64,000 nucleotides of DNA from a virus (Duplodnaviria; Caudoviricetes): positions 15,846-79,845 of IMG/VR virus record IMGVR_UViG_3300033066_001296. The stretch is one strand, 5' to 3'. A program made the position numbers and the translations under genes. Shown in pieces: positions 20,538-29,468 of this stretch (within the stretch, counting starts at the first letter, position 1; each line of letters starts with the position of its first letter). Under the pieces are notes generated by a model. It did no database searches, was not told the origin of the DNA, and was given only the letters and a program-made list of their open reading frames with translations.

Positions 20538-21935
20538 TCAAGCCCCGTGAATTAGAAGGGACCAGCGTTTATACCTAGCGCTGGTTCCGGGTGCGGTTGC
20601 ATCCGTGCGTGCTGGCCAGTCGGCATCGAGACGCCACGAAGCCTTCACGAGATCCTGGAAGCGGTTCTGAGGTGCGAGGATGATCATCTTCACACGCTCT
20701 GCGACGATCGAGATGCCATCGTTCGACACTTGAACGTCCGTCATCTTGCCGAGCATACCCGCGTCCGTGAGGTACATCAGAGGATCGCGGTAGTACTCCA
20801 TCATGCCACCGCGGCCCGTGAAGAGCATACGGTGGATTGGAGTGCCCGATGCCGTACCATCGCTGTAAAGCTCGCCTGCGAATGGGTCCTGCTGCGAGAA
20901 CGTGATACCGTCATTTGGATACACGGTGTTCACGTAAGGGCACTGGTTGTTCATGACGAACGAGCAACCAAGCATCATACCGAGCACCATGTCACGATAC
21001 ATATAGTGCTCAGGACGGCCCGTCAGCATTCGCTGGATTTCGGTATCCGCAAGGATTGCCGTCTGCGAGTTCGGATCGATGTGAACGTGATACGTACCAT
21101 CTTGGAAACGAGGCACGTTGTTGATCTGAAGCTTCGAGACCACCGTACGGATGTCCTGAAGGCGAGGAAGGTCCGTCGAACCGATGTCGTTGACCGACGT
21201 TCCGCCACCCACGAACGACACTTCCGAGCGATCGGAGGCAAGAACCGCCGCACGATCGGACCAGTTCATTGCCACTGCGAGCGTCAGAATGCCAGGACCC
21301 ACCTCATCTCCCGCCGTGTCAGGAGTGAAGCCGACCACCGATGCAGCCGTACCCCCCACCGTAATTGCAAGAGGGTTGGACGAAGACACGGTATTGAACC
21401 GAACCTTCGAGCCCGCTGCAAGGTCTGGACGACGGGCGCGAGTGAAGCCATTGAGGCGCTTCACACGGAGCGAGGCCGAGCTTCCGCCCGACGCAGCACC
21501 ATCTGCAACCGTCCAACCCGACTCTGCGGTGTTGTACATGCGGTCACGCACGATGATGTTGAGCGTCTGTGCCGCCTGGAGACCCAGCTTGCGAATGTGC
21601 TGGAGGAACAAGTTCGCAATCGCCATCGTTGCCGTAGGCATGTGGGTGTCGATTGCCGAGCCGTACGTGTGAAGCTCAGCTTCCCACTGCTCGACAGCAT
21701 ACGACTGCGGAGTTGGGTCTTCGCCGGGACGGATCGGACGAGCATCGGGAGCCATCAGACCGTCGCCCGAGAAGACGTAGGTGTCTCCTGCCTCTGCGGG
21801 CCAAGGCACCGCCGACACTTCCCCACGGAAGATCAAGTTGGGGAAGAGCACATCGTGGAAGGCTCTCTCAAGAAGACCTTCCTGAACGATCGCGCGAGTC
21901 GTTGGTGTGTTCAGAAACGTTGAAAAATCTGGCAT
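20538..21935 (-). CDS. Major capsid protein (N4-gp56-like, HK97 fold)
   Basis: 465 aa after scaffold; EQWEAELHTYGSAIDT...LGLQAAQTLNIIVRD and YHVHIDPNSQTAILAD...LGMMLGCSFV motifs. Confidence 0.85.
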   Translation of the reverse strand: MPDFSTFLNTPTTRAIVQEGLLERAFHDVLFPNLIFRGEVSAVPWPAEAGDTYVFSGDGLMAPDARPIRPGEDPTPQSYAVEQWEAELHTYGSAIDTHMPTATMAIANLFLQHIRKLGLQAAQTLNIIVRDRMYNTAESGWTVADGAASGGSSASLRVKRLNGFTRARRPDLAAGSKVRFNTVSSSNPLAITVGGTAASVVGFTPDTAGDEVGPGILTLAVAMNWSDRAAVLASDRSEVSFVGGGTSVNDIGSTDLPRLQDIRTVVSKLQINNVPRFQDGTYHVHIDPNSQTAILADTEIQRMLTGRPEHYMYRDMVLGMMLGCSFVMNNQCPYVNTVYPNDGITFSQQDPFAGELYSDGTASGTPIHRMLFTGRGGMMEYYRDPLMYLTDAGMLGKMTDVQVSNDGISIVAERVKMIILAPQNRFQDLVKASWRLDADWPARTDATAPGTSARYKRWSLLIHGA

Positions 21936-22006
21936 TTACTTACCTTTCAGTCCTTTTGGGCGTTGAGCCCTTTCTTTCTATCTCATCGCCCATTGGGCTG
22001 TTTGTA

Positions 22007-22849
22007 TCACATATCTCCGAGATCGAGGCCCTGAGAACGTGCGTACTCACGAAATTCTGCGGAAGACATCTTCATGGCGTGCTTCCGCTCCGTTGTTTCC
22101 GGTGTGACCTGTTCCTTGATCTCCTTTGGAGAAGGCTTTGGTGCAGATCCAGCGGGTGCTGTATTCGCAGGCACCTCTTCCACCGGAGCTTCCTTCTTCT
22201 CGGGAGCCTGGATGTACTGACGGAAGTAAGCTGGCTTCTTGGCCTTGAGCTCCTTGAAGAACTCGTTGTGGTCGAACTCCTTGCGCTTCGCATCAGGAAG
22301 ACGCTTGAAGTGACCATCGAGCTTGGAAAGCACGGCGTCTACTTCTTCAGGATCAACTTCAGCGAGGTATGCGTCGTGTCGAAGCACCATTTCGTTCTGG
22401 AGATTTTCGCATTGGCTGCGCCAGTGTCGAACCTTCCCTTCGAGCGAACGGATCTCAGCACGAAGCGTACGGACTTGCTCTTCCAGATCTGAGATCTGCT
22501 TTGCAGATCGGTTGTCTGTTTGAGGCTTTTGACCCGAAGGTTGACCCTGAGCTGGCCGCTTCTGGAACATCTCATCCAGCGAGCCGAAGCCCAGCGCCTT
22601 TGCCTTCTTCTCGTACATCTCCTTGAACGAAGTGCGACCCGCTTCACGATCCGCTTGGCGTTGCTTCGCAAGATCGCTTTTGGCGGGTTGTGCCTTCTGT
22701 TGAGGCTTGTACTTGGGAGCGGGCGTAGCCTCTTCAGGCTGCTCCTGCTCCGGTTGAACCTCAACATCGGGCACAACCTCGTCAATAAGTTCTGCCACTT
22801 CGTTTTCGTTTTCCAGATTCACATCCGGTGTATCGTTCTCAGTTGCCAT
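22007..22849 (-). CDS. Capsid scaffolding protein
   Basis: Acidic N-terminus, coiled coil, C-terminal AMKMSSAEFREYARSQG capsid-binding-type helix; directly upstream of MCP. Confidence 0.75.
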   Translation of the reverse strand: MATENDTPDVNLENENEVAELIDEVVPDVEVQPEQEQPEEATPAPKYKPQQKAQPAKSDLAKQRQADREAGRTSFKEMYEKKAKALGFGSLDEMFQKRPAQGQPSGQKPQTDNRSAKQISDLEEQVRTLRAEIRSLEGKVRHWRSQCENLQNEMVLRHDAYLAEVDPEEVDAVLSKLDGHFKRLPDAKRKEFDHNEFFKELKAKKPAYFRQYIQAPEKKEAPVEEVPANTAPAGSAPKPSPKEIKEQVTPETTERKHAMKMSSAEFREYARSQGLDLGDM

Positions 22850-22887
22850 TTTCTACTCGCCTGTAGTTTATGTTCAGATCTGCCTAA

Positions 22888-23352
22888 TCAAAGGCGGGGG
22901 TAGTTATCCGAGAGTGCGGTTGCCGATCGAGGAATGTACTCAAGGATGAACCCTGTCACGGTGCCCTCGAAGGTGAGGGTGGTGCCATCATCCGAAAGAA
23001 GGGCCACACCCGCAATGCCGGTGCTCGGAGCCACTGCTGTGCCGCCTGCATCCGTCACCACACGAGGTCCCGTCGCGCCTGTACCAACGCCGGTCACGCG
23101 AAGCGTCTTCACCGCAAGAATCGCGGGAAGCGGATCCGTGGTCTCACGCTCAAGACCACTCACGGTTGCGGCAAGGCGCACCGCGGTGCTGGTAATGTCC
23201 GGGGTTGCAGTTGCCGTTAGCCCCGTCACTGTCACCTTCACTGGCGAGAGCATGTTTCCAAGCTTCATCTTCTGGAAGAGAGTTGGAAGCAGGTTGGCGT
23301 TAGCCTTGTTAAGCCAGTTCTGGTATGTCTGTTCTGCTGTCGTCGAGCTCAT
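22888..23352 (-). CDS. Putative head decoration/structural protein
   Basis: 154 aa, T/A/G-rich, upstream of scaffold. Confidence 0.5.
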   Translation of the reverse strand: MSSTTAEQTYQNWLNKANANLLPTLFQKMKLGNMLSPVKVTVTGLTATATPDITSTAVRLAATVSGLERETTDPLPAILAVKTLRVTGVGTGATGPRVVTDAGGTAVAPSTGIAGVALLSDDGTTLTFEGTVTGFILEYIPRSATALSDNYPRL

Positions 23353-23353
23353 T

Positions 23354-23737
23354 TCAGTCCTTTTGTCCCATCACGAGGAAAACCTCGGTTTGAATTCCAG
23401 CCTCTCGCAAGAGGTCGATTGCGGTTATATCAACCGTATTGGAGATCAGAATTAGAAGAGAGTCAACAGGAATTGCTTGCGTCGAACCATCTGTACTCGT
23501 GATGCGAACGCGAAGTTCTCCTCCTGATGCTTTGACAAGAAGAAAGTTGACCCCGGTTAGCGGCGAGATGTTCACCGCAACCACAGGATCACCATCCAGT
23601 GTGTAGTTTGCCGCGAGCTGGCGCTCCAAGGGGATCTTCTCTGCGATGGTCGCAAGAATGGAAGGTTGCCCTGAGGGCGTACCAACGGGAGGCTTGGAAG
23701 CCACGGAGCCCGTAAGCTCAAGAATCTGGAAGCTCAT
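23354..23737 (-). CDS. Putative structural protein
   Basis: 127 aa beta-rich, in head cluster. Confidence 0.5.
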   Translation of the reverse strand: MSFQILELTGSVASKPPVGTPSGQPSILATIAEKIPLERQLAANYTLDGDPVVAVNISPLTGVNFLLVKASGGELRVRITSTDGSTQAIPVDSLLILISNTVDITAIDLLREAGIQTEVFLVMGQKD

Positions 23738-23743
23738 TGGGGA

Positions 23744-24040
23744 TTACCACTTCACCTTGTCTGCCCAATATGCAGCGGAGAGCTTGCCCTTGGCGATGTT
23801 GGCCGCATGGCGAGCCTTGAAGGACTTCCGCTTTTTGGTCATACGTTCCGATTCCCCTGCCTTGGGCTTTCCGGCTGTTTCGGCTCCCTGCTCACCAAAG
23901 CGAATGGTCTTCACAGTGTCGCCCTCTTTGGCGACCACAATGTGAGACTTCGTAGGGTGATCGGGCGTGCGCTTTGGCTTGTTGTAGCCTGCTACACCCG
24001 CCTTTTCCAACCTGGGGTCTCTCTTTCCAGAGCCCTTCAC
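23744..24040 (-). CDS. Conserved basic phage protein (IRFG...RH...SAAYW family, DUF5754-like)
   Basis: KSHIVVAKEGDTVKTIRFGEQG...KSFKARHAANIAKGKLSAAYWADKVKW; GTG start at 24040 overlapping previous stop. Confidence 0.6.
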   Translation of the reverse strand: MKGSGKRDPRLEKAGVAGYNKPKRTPDHPTKSHIVVAKEGDTVKTIRFGEQGAETAGKPKAGESERMTKKRKSFKARHAANIAKGKLSAAYWADKVKW

Positions 24041-24153
24041 TTCTTCTTGCCCTTCTTCACGCAAGACTTGTCGATCATCTTTTGGATGAGCTTCTTGTCC
24101 TCTGCTTCGTCATCGTGCTTCTTGGGTGTCTTCTTTTGAGATTTCTTTGCCAT
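24037..24153 (-). CDS. Small lysine-rich protein
   Basis: MAKKSQKKTPKKHDDEAEDKKLIQKMIDKSCVKKGKKK; TGATG coupling to upstream gene. Confidence 0.5.
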   Translation of the reverse strand: MAKKSQKKTPKKHDDEAEDKKLIQKMIDKSCVKKGKKK

Positions 24154-24635
24154 CACATCATCCTTTCCTGCCCCTCGTCCTCTTCGCTTGGACTTGTCGT
24201 GAGCTGTCCTGCGCGCCAGAGCCATGCACCTACGAGGATTGGCTCTACTTCGACAATCTCGTTCTGAACACCCTCCTGTACGGCAAGCGCTTCGTCTGGG
24301 CTAATGCCAGATAGTAGTTCGGGCAGTCCATCACGCCAAAGATCCACCATCTCAAGAATCTGATCTGCGTGGTCTTCGGGAAGTTCGACCTCATCGTTGA
24401 GGAGAACTTCGGGGATCATATCGTGGATCTGCGACTCGATTTCCGGTAGGTGCATCTGGGTCAGCAGAATGATCTGATCCATCTCATTGGGGGTTTTCCC
24501 CTCCATGGCATCCGAACCCTCAAATGGCTCATCGCCGGGGAACGGCTCCTGGTCCTTAGGAGCATCCCAACCCTCGGGCGTGGAGCGAGGCTGATCGCCT
24601 CTAGCTTGTGACCAATTTGAAAGATCGAGTGCCAT
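24153..24635 (-). CDS. Acidic hypothetical protein
   Basis: 160 aa, strongly D/E-rich, coupled to neighbour. Confidence 0.55.
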   Translation of the reverse strand: MALDLSNWSQARGDQPRSTPEGWDAPKDQEPFPGDEPFEGSDAMEGKTPNEMDQIILLTQMHLPEIESQIHDMIPEVLLNDEVELPEDHADQILEMVDLWRDGLPELLSGISPDEALAVQEGVQNEIVEVEPILVGAWLWRAGQLTTSPSEEDEGQERMM

Positions 24636-24672
24636 ATCGAGATCTCAATAATCCTATTGTAATTCCAATAAG

Positions 24673-24870
24673 TCAATCCGCTTGCATTCGCAAAGCAATG
24701 TCGCCGGGATCTTCTTCGTCATGAACCCCCGGCATATCAAGATCGCCAAACTGATTCTCAGTTTGAATGTGCAGAATTACATCAGCTACATCAACCTCCT
24801 TCTGTAGTTCGAGGGGGTGTGAGTGCCCGTGAATCTTTGTTGGAAGATTCATGTTTCTTGGGTGTTTCAT
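24673..24870 (-). CDS. Hypothetical protein
   Basis: 65 aa; ATGA overlap with 24867..25667. Confidence 0.45.
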   Translation of the reverse strand: MKHPRNMNLPTKIHGHSHPLELQKEVDVADVILHIQTENQFGDLDMPGVHDEEDPGDIALRMQAD

Positions 24871-25667
24871 TTGTGACCTTTGCGAAGCAGCCCACGCTTC
24901 TGGAAGAGGCGGTCAAATTCTCGAGCAATGGGATCAAACTCCCAACGATCCCAATACGCGCGATAACCATGCTCACGCCAAGAATTTGCATCTGCAAGGA
25001 ACCCTTTGACGCCCTGTACGGAGCCTTGGCGACGCATGACCCACTGCTCGTAGGAGCGCGCGAAGAGCTCTTGCGGCCTGAGCATATACGTGGTGGTTTT
25101 GAGCCTTGGCTCGTTGTGCTCGGTCTTGTTCCTCGTATGCTGTTCTGTGAGCTTCCGCACGCTATACGATTTGTAGATTGCCCGCATCAAAGGTGCAAGT
25201 TCGTGATTCGGATCTTTGGTTGCCTGAAACGATGCACAAGCTGAGTATGTAGGCTTGCCGCTTCCAAACAATCTGTGATCCAGGAAGTGCCCATACTCAT
25301 GAACGAGCGTGTTGATGGGGTATTTGCCGTGTTTATTGATCAAGATCGAGCTTCGATCCGAGTGTGGCTCCCATGCGCGGTAGACACCCATGGAACCCGT
25401 ATCTCCCACCACGTTGACCTTCAGGTGGTACAAGTCCCTGGGAACCCGATGCGTACGGTCAATGGTGCGTAGCGCCTCCGCAACGCCCTGGTTTGCCTTG
25501 GACGCGAATAGCAAGCCATAGCTTACGGAAAGCCTGTCAGACGCCTTTGCAGGGGCATTAGCGGGCACATGCGGAGACTGGTCCTTGACCCAATAGGCAC
25601 GGCGCACAACGCCCGTGCTGGTGTGTGCGGAGAGAATGCGTCGATGAAGACCGGAAAGGTTTTTCAT
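24867..25667 (-). CDS. Zincin-like metallopeptidase/LPD1-like protein with N-terminal array motif
   Basis: TLVHEYGHFLD (HExxH) and YMLRPQELFARSYEQWV (LPD1-like); N-terminus SGLHRR...GVVRRAYWVK matches the array motif. Confidence 0.75.
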   Translation of the reverse strand: MKNLSGLHRRILSAHTSTGVVRRAYWVKDQSPHVPANAPAKASDRLSVSYGLLFASKANQGVAEALRTIDRTHRVPRDLYHLKVNVVGDTGSMGVYRAWEPHSDRSSILINKHGKYPINTLVHEYGHFLDHRLFGSGKPTYSACASFQATKDPNHELAPLMRAIYKSYSVRKLTEQHTRNKTEHNEPRLKTTTYMLRPQELFARSYEQWVMRRQGSVQGVKGFLADANSWREHGYRAYWDRWEFDPIAREFDRLFQKRGLLRKGHK

Positions 25668-25814
25668 GCGGAAGGTGCCCCGAGAAAAAGAACGGAGGGT
25701 GTATTTTGTCCGTAACCTTTTCCTCGCTTCTCTCGTACTACCATACAGTCTTTATTACTATTATTTATTATATATAGTATAGAGTGGGTTGAGGGGGGCT
25801 CTTTTGATGCTCGC

Positions 25815-26336
25815 TCAACGAGTATAGTTGCGGTACGCATCATAGGCTCGATGAAAGCTCTGATGGTGCTTGTTGTAGAGTCCCGCACCCTCTACTACGG
25901 TTCTATAGAGCCCATACATCTTGAGCCCTGTTCCAGCGAGGTGTGCAAAGCTTCCAAGAGCTCTCTCCGTGGATTCCCTCATATTGAGTGTGCGAGCGAG
26001 AACATGACCACTCAATCTTCCGGCTTGTCTTCCCGCTTGACCTCCAAAGTGACCTCCCACAAGAGCTGCACCAAATGCAGCCTCATGAGCTCCAACTCCA
26101 TGGCTCGCCGCTGCTCTCATTCCATACTTTGCAGCATGGTGAGCTCCCACAAGAGCTCCTAGTCCCGCTCCAAGATTACCCATTCCGTGTCCGAGAGCTC
26201 TGCCTTGATCCTCTCGACGAGATGGATGTTCCATGCTCTTGAACGAGCCTTTGGGATCGGACTTGACCCAATAAGAGCGGAGACCCTTTCGAGTGCTCTT
26301 CTTGATCTTCTTGAGGCCAGATCTAGTCTTCATCAC
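25815..26336 (-). CDS. Array protein 8: basic N-motif plus glycine zipper
   Basis: MKTRSGLKKIKKSTRKGLRSYWVKS; GNLGAGLGALVG...GGHFGGQAG. Confidence 0.75.
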   Translation of the reverse strand: MMKTRSGLKKIKKSTRKGLRSYWVKSDPKGSFKSMEHPSRREDQGRALGHGMGNLGAGLGALVGAHHAAKYGMRAAASHGVGAHEAAFGAALVGGHFGGQAGRQAGRLSGHVLARTLNMRESTERALGSFAHLAGTGLKMYGLYRTVVEGAGLYNKHHQSFHRAYDAYRNYTR

Positions 26337-26827
26337 GCCATTCTAGCAGCTTGAACCGTATCGTACAGCTTCCGAGCGTGGAGGTATCCACCCGCAGCCA
26401 TTGCAAATGTACCCAAAGCTCGCTGATGTCGAAGCTTCATCTTACCTTGAGCAACACGATTTCCAACACCGCGACCGAGCTTATAGCCCGCAAAAGAGCC
26501 TCCGGCGTAACCCGCGATATGGCCCAATCCTCCGGCGACAATGCCAGTTCTCATTCCCGATATGAGGGCTTCTTGAGGTCCAAGACCTTTCTTTGCAGCC
26601 CTGTGCCCGCCAATAAGCCCCCCGGTGATGGCTCCTCCAAAGAGTCCCGCAGTGCCACCTACACGCCCGCCAAGCGCGCTTCCAAGCACGCCCATACCGC
26701 GGCGAAGGTGGTTGTGAGAAAACCTCTTTTCTGCCTCTGCGGAGGTCCAGTAAGCGCGACGAACACGCTTCCCGTTCTTACCCTTTACAGACTTTACGAC
26801 TTTCTTGAGCCCTGCTCGACTCTTCAT
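26333..26827 (-). CDS. Array protein 7: basic N-motif plus glycine zipper
   Basis: MKSRAGLKKVVKSVKGKNGKRVRRAYWTS; GSALGGRVGGTAGLFGGAITGGLIGG. Confidence 0.75.
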   Translation of the reverse strand: MKSRAGLKKVVKSVKGKNGKRVRRAYWTSAEAEKRFSHNHLRRGMGVLGSALGGRVGGTAGLFGGAITGGLIGGHRAAKKGLGPQEALISGMRTGIVAGGLGHIAGYAGGSFAGYKLGRGVGNRVAQGKMKLRHQRALGTFAMAAGGYLHARKLYDTVQAARMA

Positions 26828-27360
26828 GATGATCTCCTTGGTGTGCGAATTGCACGCGCTGTTGCCTTACCAGCCTCAGCAATATGATGATCTGCAATTG
26901 CGTGTCCTAGAAAAGACACAGCCTCGTTAGCGAGGAAGCTACCGACTCTCTTACCATACTTTCCAGTTGAACCTCTCAGGCTGCGACCAACGGCTTTGCC
27001 AGCACGCTCTGCTCCATAATCGATCAGGCGTTGCCCTGCGGCATTGACGAGGTGCTCTCCGAGTCTGGCTCCAAGTCCTTTTCGGAATTTGTGAAAGCCT
27101 TTAACAGCAGCGCTCTTGTGCTTTTCGATTTCAACTTTGTGCTTCCAGAGGTTCTCATTGGAAAACGAGGCTCGGTGCTTGTATGCCAGAGCTCCCAAAC
27201 CTGCGGTTGCAAGAGCGCCCGCAGTACCAATCAGAGCCTTTTTGCCATGCTTCTTTGCGAAAGCAGAAACGGAAGACTTCGCACGCACCCAATAAGATCT
27301 CCGTACAGAGCCCTTCTTGCCTTTGACAGTCTTGGTTACTTTACGAAGTCCAGCTCTCAT
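26824..27360 (-). CDS. Array protein 6: basic N-motif plus hydrophobic helix
   Basis: MRAGLRKVTKTVKGKKGSVRRSYWVRA; KHGKKALIGTAGALATAGLGALAYKH. Confidence 0.75.
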   Translation of the reverse strand: MRAGLRKVTKTVKGKKGSVRRSYWVRAKSSVSAFAKKHGKKALIGTAGALATAGLGALAYKHRASFSNENLWKHKVEIEKHKSAAVKGFHKFRKGLGARLGEHLVNAAGQRLIDYGAERAGKAVGRSLRGSTGKYGKRVGSFLANEAVSFLGHAIADHHIAEAGKATARAIRTPRRSS

Positions 27361-27995
27361 CGCTGCATCCTATTCGCAACCCACTCGGCACCGCGCTTGA
27401 TGTGGGGAGCTGCTCTACCTCTTGCCACAAAGCCTCCCGCGTGGCCACCTAGGAAGCTTCCCACTGCACCTCCTGCACCACCACCAAATGCAGTACCAAG
27501 AGCACCACCAAGACGAGAGCCCACATGAGTTCCAATGTGCTCTGCCGCAGCTTCACCTCCAACGTGGGTCATATGCTCAGCAAGCTTGGACCCTTCACCT
27601 CTGCGCCACTGTGTGAAGCCCTCTCTAGCCTTGCCCCAGGCACTACGAACGTGCTCGTTGGCCCGTTCTCTTGCCGAGGGCTTTCTGTTTGCAGGCTCAT
27701 GAAATGCGGTGTGTCCCGATCCAGAACCGAGTTGCAATGGAGAGCTGCCCGCCCCTAGAAGCTTGCCAGAGCCGCCCTTGCGCATCCGATGGAGTCCATA
27801 TGCCGCAGCCCCGGCAAGAGCCAAACCCCCTACGATCTTCCCCGCGTTACGGCGAAGAAAGCCGGGTTGCTTCTGAGCAACTGGCTGGCCCTTCCTTGCG
27901 GCCTGGTTGGCTTTAACCCAATAGGTTCTGCGAACAGTGCCTTTCTTTCCTTTGACTGTCTTCTGAACCTTCTTGAGCCCCGCTTTGTTGGCCAT
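27357..27995 (-). CDS. Array protein 5: basic N-motif, hydrophobic helix and glycine zipper
   Basis: MANKAGLKKVQKTVKGKKGTVRRTYWVKA; GKIVGGLALAGAAAYG; GSRLGGALGTAFGGGAGGAVGSFLGG. Confidence 0.75.
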   Translation of the reverse strand: MANKAGLKKVQKTVKGKKGTVRRTYWVKANQAARKGQPVAQKQPGFLRRNAGKIVGGLALAGAAAYGLHRMRKGGSGKLLGAGSSPLQLGSGSGHTAFHEPANRKPSARERANEHVRSAWGKAREGFTQWRRGEGSKLAEHMTHVGGEAAAEHIGTHVGSRLGGALGTAFGGGAGGAVGSFLGGHAGGFVARGRAAPHIKRGAEWVANRMQR

Positions 27996-28447
27996 TACTT
28001 CCTCTTTCTAGGCTTGCGTGTGGCTACGATCTTGCCAGACTTGGAAGGTCCAGTTCCAGATCGACCGCTCGAGACCCCTGGGCCAAGTTGCAAAGGAGCT
28101 CTTCCAGAGTTGTGAAGATCCTGGCGCTTCCAGTCCGCATTGGAGTTTGCGTGTTGGGAGACTGCCTTGTTGTGAAGATTCTTCCAGAATCCACCATGGC
28201 GATCCACAACATGCTTCCAGTGTTTTGGGGTCGTCTTGGGCGGTTGGATGCTCTTGTACTTATGATGAGCAAGAGCCAGACCGGCTGCAAGAACCGCACC
28301 CCCAAGGATCTTGCCCTTGTGGCGAAGAGCAAACGTGCCCGCATTCTTTACAGATTGCTTGGCCCGGACCCAATAAGATCTCCGCACAGATCCTTTTCGG
28401 CCTCTGACAGTTTTTGTGATCTTACGAAGTCCTGCTTTGCTCGCCAT
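27995..28447 (-). CDS. Array protein 4: basic N-motif plus hydrophobic helix
   Basis: MASKAGLRKITKTVRGRKGSVRRSYWVRA; RHKGKILGGAVLAAGLALAHH; start at 28447 via TAATG overlap. Confidence 0.75.
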   Translation of the reverse strand: MASKAGLRKITKTVRGRKGSVRRSYWVRAKQSVKNAGTFALRHKGKILGGAVLAAGLALAHHKYKSIQPPKTTPKHWKHVVDRHGGFWKNLHNKAVSQHANSNADWKRQDLHNSGRAPLQLGPGVSSGRSGTGPSKSGKIVATRKPRKRK

Positions 28448-28869
28448 TAGCCGGTTCTCTTGACCCTGCCGTGAGTATTGCCCTGCGCATCTTTGATTGG
28501 ATATCCGCGCCAAGCTCTATAACGCTTTGTAATTGCATCAGAAGCTTTCCCGTACGGCGTTGAGGACCAACCCTGCGCATAGCCTTTTGCAGCGTGCGCC
28601 TGCACCGCATCGGGCATCCACTGAGCTTGCTGTGCAGCTTTCGTGAACTTCACGGACCTCTCCGATGCGTGGAATCGCGCATGTGCCCTTCCAGCCCCGG
28701 CAATGATGGCGAATGTGCCCAAAGTGGCAAGGGCAATCTTACCTTTGTGACGCCCAACCGCTCTTGCTACTTTTGATGCAGAGGTCTTAGCGCGGACCCA
28801 ATAAGAGCGCTTAACCAATCCACGCTTTCCGCGGACGGTCTTCGTAACTTTCTTGAGTCCTGATCTCAT
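28447..28869 (-). CDS. Array protein 3: basic N-motif plus hydrophobic helix
   Basis: MRSGLKKVTKTVRGKRGLVKRSYWVRA; RHKGKIALATLGTFAIIAGAG. Confidence 0.75.
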   Translation of the reverse strand: MRSGLKKVTKTVRGKRGLVKRSYWVRAKTSASKVARAVGRHKGKIALATLGTFAIIAGAGRAHARFHASERSVKFTKAAQQAQWMPDAVQAHAAKGYAQGWSSTPYGKASDAITKRYRAWRGYPIKDAQGNTHGRVKRTG

Positions 28870-29417
28870 TAGTCAGCTCTCTTGCGACTCACAGCCTTGC
28901 GAACTCTCGATCCCGCAGCACGAGCTCCTGATGCGACTGCACTACCTGCACGGGAAGCGAGTCCCGATACCGCATTCTTCGCGATTGAGCTTCGGCTCAT
29001 GCCAGCCTTACGCCCGCCTCTCACGAAGTCTGCGGCATTCCGAGCTGCCCCTCTTGCATCACTTGCGGCCTTATGAGCCTTCGCAGCGACACCCACCACA
29101 CCATGAGCCCCGCGCTCTGCTGCGCCCTTGGCACGGTCCTTCAGACCGCCAAAGACGGCCTTCGCAGCATCACCATGGGACATGCCCATGCCGCGGTAGC
29201 CCTTCACGAACTTGGCACCCTTGTAAGCTGCGGCGGCTCCGAGAGCCAGGCCAGCACCCGCGGCAATCTTGCCCTTGTGCTTGCCGATGAACTTACCTGC
29301 CGACTTTGCTGCACCCTTCACGGCGCTCGAAGCCTTGACCCAATAGGAACGCTGCACCGTTCCCTTCTTACCCTTTACAGACTTTGTAACTTTACGAAGC
29401 CCAGCACGATTTGCCAT
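28869..29417 (-). CDS. Array protein 2: basic N-motif plus hydrophobic helix
   Basis: MANRAGLRKVTKSVKGKKGTVQRSYWVKA; KHKGKIAAGAGLALGAAAAYK. Confidence 0.75.
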   Translation of the reverse strand: MANRAGLRKVTKSVKGKKGTVQRSYWVKASSAVKGAAKSAGKFIGKHKGKIAAGAGLALGAAAAYKGAKFVKGYRGMGMSHGDAAKAVFGGLKDRAKGAAERGAHGVVGVAAKAHKAASDARGAARNAADFVRGGRKAGMSRSSIAKNAVSGLASRAGSAVASGARAAGSRVRKAVSRKRAD

Positions 29418-29468
29418 TTTTTACCTCTTACAGACTTTGGTATCTGTCAATATCAAGCGGACTCAGAA

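Noticed and set aside
16446-22492. Long alternative ORFs 16446..17882, 20730..21923 and 21653..22492
   Set aside because: Shadow frames of sheath, capsid and scaffold genes with no protein-like features
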